From Synechococcus sp. (GTDB lineage: Bacteria > Cyanobacteriota > Cyanobacteriia > PCC-6307 > Cyanobiaceae): DNA of 64,000 nucleotides. The position numbers and the translations under genes were made by a program. Positions 61,601 through 64,000 of this stretch are shown here, one piece after another (the first letter of the stretch is position 1; every line of letters starts with the position of its first letter). The DNA lies in the NCBI GenBank assembly GCA_047285805.1, contig JBJBCN010000002.1, positions 448,001 through 512,000 of the forward strand. Direction: 5' to 3'. The notes beneath the pieces are model-generated. The model saw nothing but the letters and a program-made list of their open reading frames with translations, had not been told where the DNA came from and did no database searches.

Positions 61601-62356
61601 GTGCAGATCTCCTATTTCCACACCTCGGAGAACGTTCCCAGCCTGCGACCGGTGGCTGAGGGTGGACCGGATGCGGCCGTCGTCATCGATGTGCTGCGGG
61701 CCACCACCACCATTGCCTGTGCTCTGCGGAGTGGCGCTGAGGCCATCCAAGCCTTTGCAGACCTTGAGGCCCTCAATCAGGCCGCCAATGCATGGGTTCC
61801 TGAGCGCTGCCTGCGGGCGGGTGAACGCGGCGGTCAGACGGTCGATGGCTATGACCTCGGCAACTCCCCCCTGGCGGTGACCCCGGAGGTGGTGGGAGGC
61901 AAGCGCATTTTTATGAGCACCACCAACGGCACTCGCTCGTTGGAGGCGGTCAAGCCTGTCCCGCTTCTAGTCACGGCCTGCCTGCCGAACAGAACCGCCG
62001 CTGCCAAGCGCTTGCTTGACCACGGGGTCGAGCGTGTCTGGGTGGTCGGCAGTGGCTGGGAGGGGGACTATTCCCTGGAGGACAGTCTGGCGGCTGGTGC
62101 CGTCATCTCCGCTGCCATGGAGTTGGCTGTTTCTCCCCATGTTGGCGTCCGCTGCTCTAATGACGAAGCCCTAGCCGCCCTCGCCCTTTGGCAGCAGTGG
62201 CGCCACGACACCGAGACCTGTCTGCGGGCCGCCAGCCATGGCCAGCGGTTGATGGGTCTGGGTAACCATGACCTCGACTTCGCCTGCTGCTCAGCTGTCG
62301 ACACGATGACGATGGTCCCCACCCAAACCAGTCCCGGAGTGCTGCAGGCCGCTTGA
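61601..62356 (+). CDS. comB: 2-phosphosulfolactate phosphatase family protein
   Basis: [24 protein letters not shown] and SLED motifs. Confidence 0.93.
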   Translation: MQISYFHTSENVPSLRPVAEGGPDAAVVIDVLRATTTIACALRSGAEAIQAFADLEALNQAANAWVPERCLRAGERGGQTVDGYDLGNSPLAVTPEVVGGKRIFMSTTNGTRSLEAVKPVPLLVTACLPNRTAAAKRLLDHGVERVWVVGSGWEGDYSLEDSLAAGAVISAAMELAVSPHVGVRCSNDEALAALALWQQWRHDTETCLRAASHGQRLMGLGNHDLDFACCSAVDTMTMVPTQTSPGVLQAA

Positions 62357-62404
62357 TCCCATTGCGGCCACCCTTACAGTGACCGCGGCGGCAAAACTCC
62401 TGCG

Positions 62405-63223
62405 TTGACAAGCTTTCTGGCTTCGGCAATCCAGCTCAATAGCAGCGCTGATCTCACCGCCAACTTCGCCGCTGCCGAAGAGCAGATCGAGCTGGCTATT
62501 CGCCGGGGTGCGGAGTTGGTGGGCTTGCCCGAGAACTTTGCCTTCATGGGCGAAGACAGCCAACGGCTGGAGCAGGCCGCACAGATTGCGGAACAGGCCC
62601 AGCGCTTCCTGATCACCATGGCCCGCCGTTATCAGGTGGCCCTAATGGGCGGTGGATACCCGGTGCCGGCCGGTGCAGGCCTCACCAGCAACCGGGCCCA
62701 GTTGGTGGGCAAGGACGGCCAAATCTTGGCCACATACGACAAAATTCACCTCTTCGATGTCGATTTGCCCGACGGCAACACCTACCAGGAGTCGGCAACG
62801 GTCCAACCGGGATCCAGCTTGCCACCGGTGGTTGATGTCCCAGGGCTCTGCCGCGTCGGCCTGTCCATTTGCTACGACGTCCGCTTCCCGGAGCTCTACC
62901 GGCATTTGGCCGCTGAGGGGGCCGATCTGCTCTTCATTCCCGCCGCCTTCACCGCCTTTACTGGCAAGGACCACTGGAATGTTCTGCTGCAGGCACGGGC
63001 GATTGAAAACACCGCTTATGTGGTCGCCCCAGCTCAGACTGGTCAGCACGGCCCCCGGCGCCAGACCCATGGCCATGCCCTGGTGATTGATCCCTGGGGC
63101 ACCGTTCTCTCTGATGCCGGTACGTCCGTCGGCCAAGCGGTCGCTCCGATTGATGTGGGTCACCGTGAGCGGATCCAGGCCCAGATGCCCAGCCTTCTGC
63201 ACCGCAAACCCGCTCTGTTCTAA
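62405..63223 (+). CDS. Carbon-nitrogen hydrolase (Nit1-like deaminated glutathione amidase)
   Basis: E-K-C triad: LPENF, YDKIHLFD and ICYDVRFPELYR; also ARAIEN. Confidence 0.92.
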   Translation: MTSFLASAIQLNSSADLTANFAAAEEQIELAIRRGAELVGLPENFAFMGEDSQRLEQAAQIAEQAQRFLITMARRYQVALMGGGYPVPAGAGLTSNRAQLVGKDGQILATYDKIHLFDVDLPDGNTYQESATVQPGSSLPPVVDVPGLCRVGLSICYDVRFPELYRHLAAEGADLLFIPAAFTAFTGKDHWNVLLQARAIENTAYVVAPAQTGQHGPRRQTHGHALVIDPWGTVLSDAGTSVGQAVAPIDVGHRERIQAQMPSLLHRKPALF

Positions 63224-63233
63224 GGCGAGACCT

Positions 63234-64000
63234 GTGTCGCCGCTGACGCTGCACCGCCCCGCCAGTCGCCTGTCGCGTCTGGGGCTTGCACTGCTTCTTC
63301 CCTGTGTGACTTTCCTATCTGCGTTGCCGGCGCGAGGGTGGAGTGCCCTCTCCGCCTGGGCTATCAGTCGCAATGGAGTCCTGGAATTACGGACGCCGCC
63401 GGCCACGCGGCTGCAGGCCTTTTTTGAGGAGGGCGGTGCCGGGATGGGGCCTCGCATCTGGGTGGATTTGCCCGGGGCCCCTCAGCGCTCGAGAACGCTG
63501 GCCGGCAATGGTGCGATCCGTGAGGTCCGCATCGGCAGACCCACTGACAACGCCACCCGCTTAGTGATCGAGTTCGCACCCGGGACTCGCCTGGACCCCC
63601 GTAAAATCAAGCTGGTGGGCACCGACGTTGACCGCTGGTCCATGGATTTTGGGCCCAGTGTGCGCGGTCTCCATGCCATCGGTGAGGGCAGTCTTGAACG
63701 GCCTCAAGGTCCCAGTTGGCGCGCCCTGCCTCCCCCGGCTCTCCAGCTGCCGCGCGGTCCCATTCCAAAACTGGGGGATCTTCCGTCGGTTCCCCGGGGG
63801 CGTTACACGGTGGTGCTCGATCCTGGCCACGGTGGCCCGGATCCAGGTGCGATCGGCATAAACAACCTGCGCGAGACCGATGTGGTTCTCGATGTGAGCC
63901 TGCAGGTGGCTCATATCCTTCAATTCAAGGGTGTGCGGGTCCTGCTCACCCGCTCTTCAGAAGTTGATGTGGACTTGCCCCCTCGGGTGGCGTTGGCCAA
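63234..64000 (+). CDS. N-acetylmuramoyl-L-alanine amidase (AmiC-like), partial; runs off the window end
   Basis: Translated by hand from GTG 63234: signal peptide, AMIN-like RIWVDLP...EVRIG...TRLVIE, then VVLDPGHGGPDPGA...ETDVV...LTR. Confidence 0.9.
   Translation, partial: MSPLTLHRPASRLSRLGLALLLPCVTFLSALPARGWSALSAWAISRNGVLELRTPPATRLQAFFEEGGAGMGPRIWVDLPGAPQRSRTLAGNGAIREVRIGRPTDNATRLVIEFAPGTRLDPRKIKLVGTDVDRWSMDFGPSVRGLHAIGEGSLERPQGPSWRALPPPALQLPRGPIPKLGDLPSVPRGRYTVVLDPGHGGPDPGAIGINNLRETDVVLDVSLQVAHILQFKGVRVLLTRSSEVDVDLPPRVALA

Noticed and set aside
1..64000. HIP1 (GCGATCGC) over-representation, CRISPR arrays, tRNAs, IS elements
   Set aside because: I noticed only a few full HIP1 octamers (for example near 10823, 10856 and 32317) and did not count them rigorously. 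I saw no spaced repeats, tRNA arms or transposase motifs.

Overview
This is a GC-rich, gene-dense chromosomal segment of a picocyanobacterium, Synechococcus/Cyanobium-like, as judged from psbA, petJ, ndhD, Ycf51, DUF760/DUF2605/DUF4336 and the gene order. It is mostly core housekeeping: clpB, hemE, glgB/glgA, tamB, proA-folB, prlC, ndhD, thrB-glk-thrS, trpS, psbA (D1:1 type), lepB, menD-menB, murF, glmU, aroA, ubiD, comB and an amidase. I found no tRNA, rRNA, CRISPR array, transposase, integrase or prophage, and no complete multi-gene novel system. The best leads are smaller. (1) An accessory-looking membrane cluster at 24.8-28.6 kb contains two ORFs in the same frame separated by one TGA. (2) A DUF2721-like gene is interrupted by a single in-frame TAG. 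(3) An intact Coq4-motif protein lies near ubiD/aroA/menDB. (4) There is an orphan Nif11-like protein. (5) An unannotated 38-aa ORF lies upstream of glgB. (6) A probable CTG start is coupled to the glgA stop. (7) Non-coding signals include an 11-bp x3 repeat upstream of psbA, a perfect 16-bp (GATC)3 palindrome between a sepF-like gene and zupT, and a multi-hairpin leader upstream of a GH104 lysozyme. All family assignments come from motif recognition by eye, not from database searches.
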